A stretch of 51,827 nucleotides of DNA. It comes from Obrimoposthia wandeli. Its lineage: Eukaryota. Location: positions 1 to 51,827 of the forward strand of contig CDROCS010001208.1 of the NCBI GenBank assembly GCA_977020255.1, in the 5' to 3' direction. Made by a program: the position numbers and the translations under genes. The notes beneath the pieces are model-generated. The model had not been told where the DNA came from. It saw only the letters and a list, made by a program, of their open reading frames with translations, and made no database searches. Position 1 is the stretch's first letter. Every line of letters starts with the position of its first letter. This document shows, one piece after another, positions 51,145-51,827 of this stretch.

Positions 51145-51827
51145 AGAGAGTAGGGGGATGTGGCATTTGAGAGAAGGGGGGTGCCAGCACAAGTGAAGGT
51201 GTGTATGATGTAATAACATGCATACATATATATGCGTGTATTACGTCATAAACAGATATGTATTACGTCATAAGTATGTGTGCATTGCGACATGACCGTG
51301 TGTGTGTTGCATCATAAGTGTATATGTGTTACGTCGTTGGTGTTGCCATGGCAACCACGCCACGTGTCACAATTTTGTTTTACTATTCGAATTTTTGTTT
51401 TAATTATCAAAATTTTCGAAATTTTTTTTTTAATCTTTAAATTTTTGCGATTTTTTTTTTTTTTTTTTTTTTTTGAAACAATTAAAATTTTGAAAGAAAT
51501 ATTTTTAAACTTTTTTATAAAGAAAGTTTTAACTTATAAATTTTCAGAATAATAATTTACATTGAAATTTTTAAAAAGAAAATTTTAACATTCAAAATAA
51601 TATTTTTAGAAATAAACTTTAACATAGAAATTTACAATTAGTCAAATAATTATAAACTAGATTATTTTTACGCAGTTGTGAATATGAATTAAATCTATTA
51701 CTTGTTAAATCAAAATTAATGTATATAGTAAATAGTAGTTAATATACAGTTGCAGTAATATTCTTATAGTATTAATTTTAAAGTTATTAAACTATTATCT
51801 AAATAATAATTAACAACATATTTAATG
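51145..51827 (+). mobile_element. Mirror copy of the candidate Polinton terminus (AGAGAGTAGGG..) with the X-box (51342-51355) and E-box (51361-51366)
   Basis: Reverse complement of 3545-4230. Confidence 0.55.

Larger units (their letters stand above)
27598..51827 (-). repeat. Right arm of the giant inverted repeat (may extend past the window)
   Basis: The last bases of the window are the reverse complement of 3545 onward. This arm holds 46532-49370, which is absent from the left arm. Confidence 0.97.

Noticed and set aside
1-51827. CRISPR arrays, rRNA, tRNA or prokaryotic operons
   Set aside because: No regularly spaced repeat-spacer array or RNA-gene signature seen. The content is eukaryotic.

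Overview
AT-rich eukaryotic DNA, probably from an invertebrate animal (inferred from short GT-AG introns, orphan host exons and the transposon content). Almost the whole window is one giant inverted repeat: arm 3545-24944 mirrors arm 27598-51827, which runs to the window edge, around a 2.65-kb spacer. Each arm carries a copy of an older inverted duplication (7333-12052 vs 22113-26290). As a result, an intronless 289-aa protein with two RING fingers occurs four times in alternating orientation (+,-,+,-), and three copies are intact. It is the only long intact ORF among decayed elements: Polinton/Maverick remnants (A32-like ATPase, TBP-like gene with a conserved micro-intron, DUSP-like gene, pPolB fragment, candidate terminus with an X-box/E-box/CRE cluster), BEL/Pao and Gypsy LTR-retrotransposon fragments, a CR1/L2-like RT fragment and orphan host exons (GALC-like, GAIN/GPS-like). 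A type I hammerhead-ribozyme fold with a loop II pseudoknot lies at 15760-15813, mirrored at 36727-36780. All family assignments come from motifs recognised by eye; no searches were run, and pseudogene boundaries are approximate.
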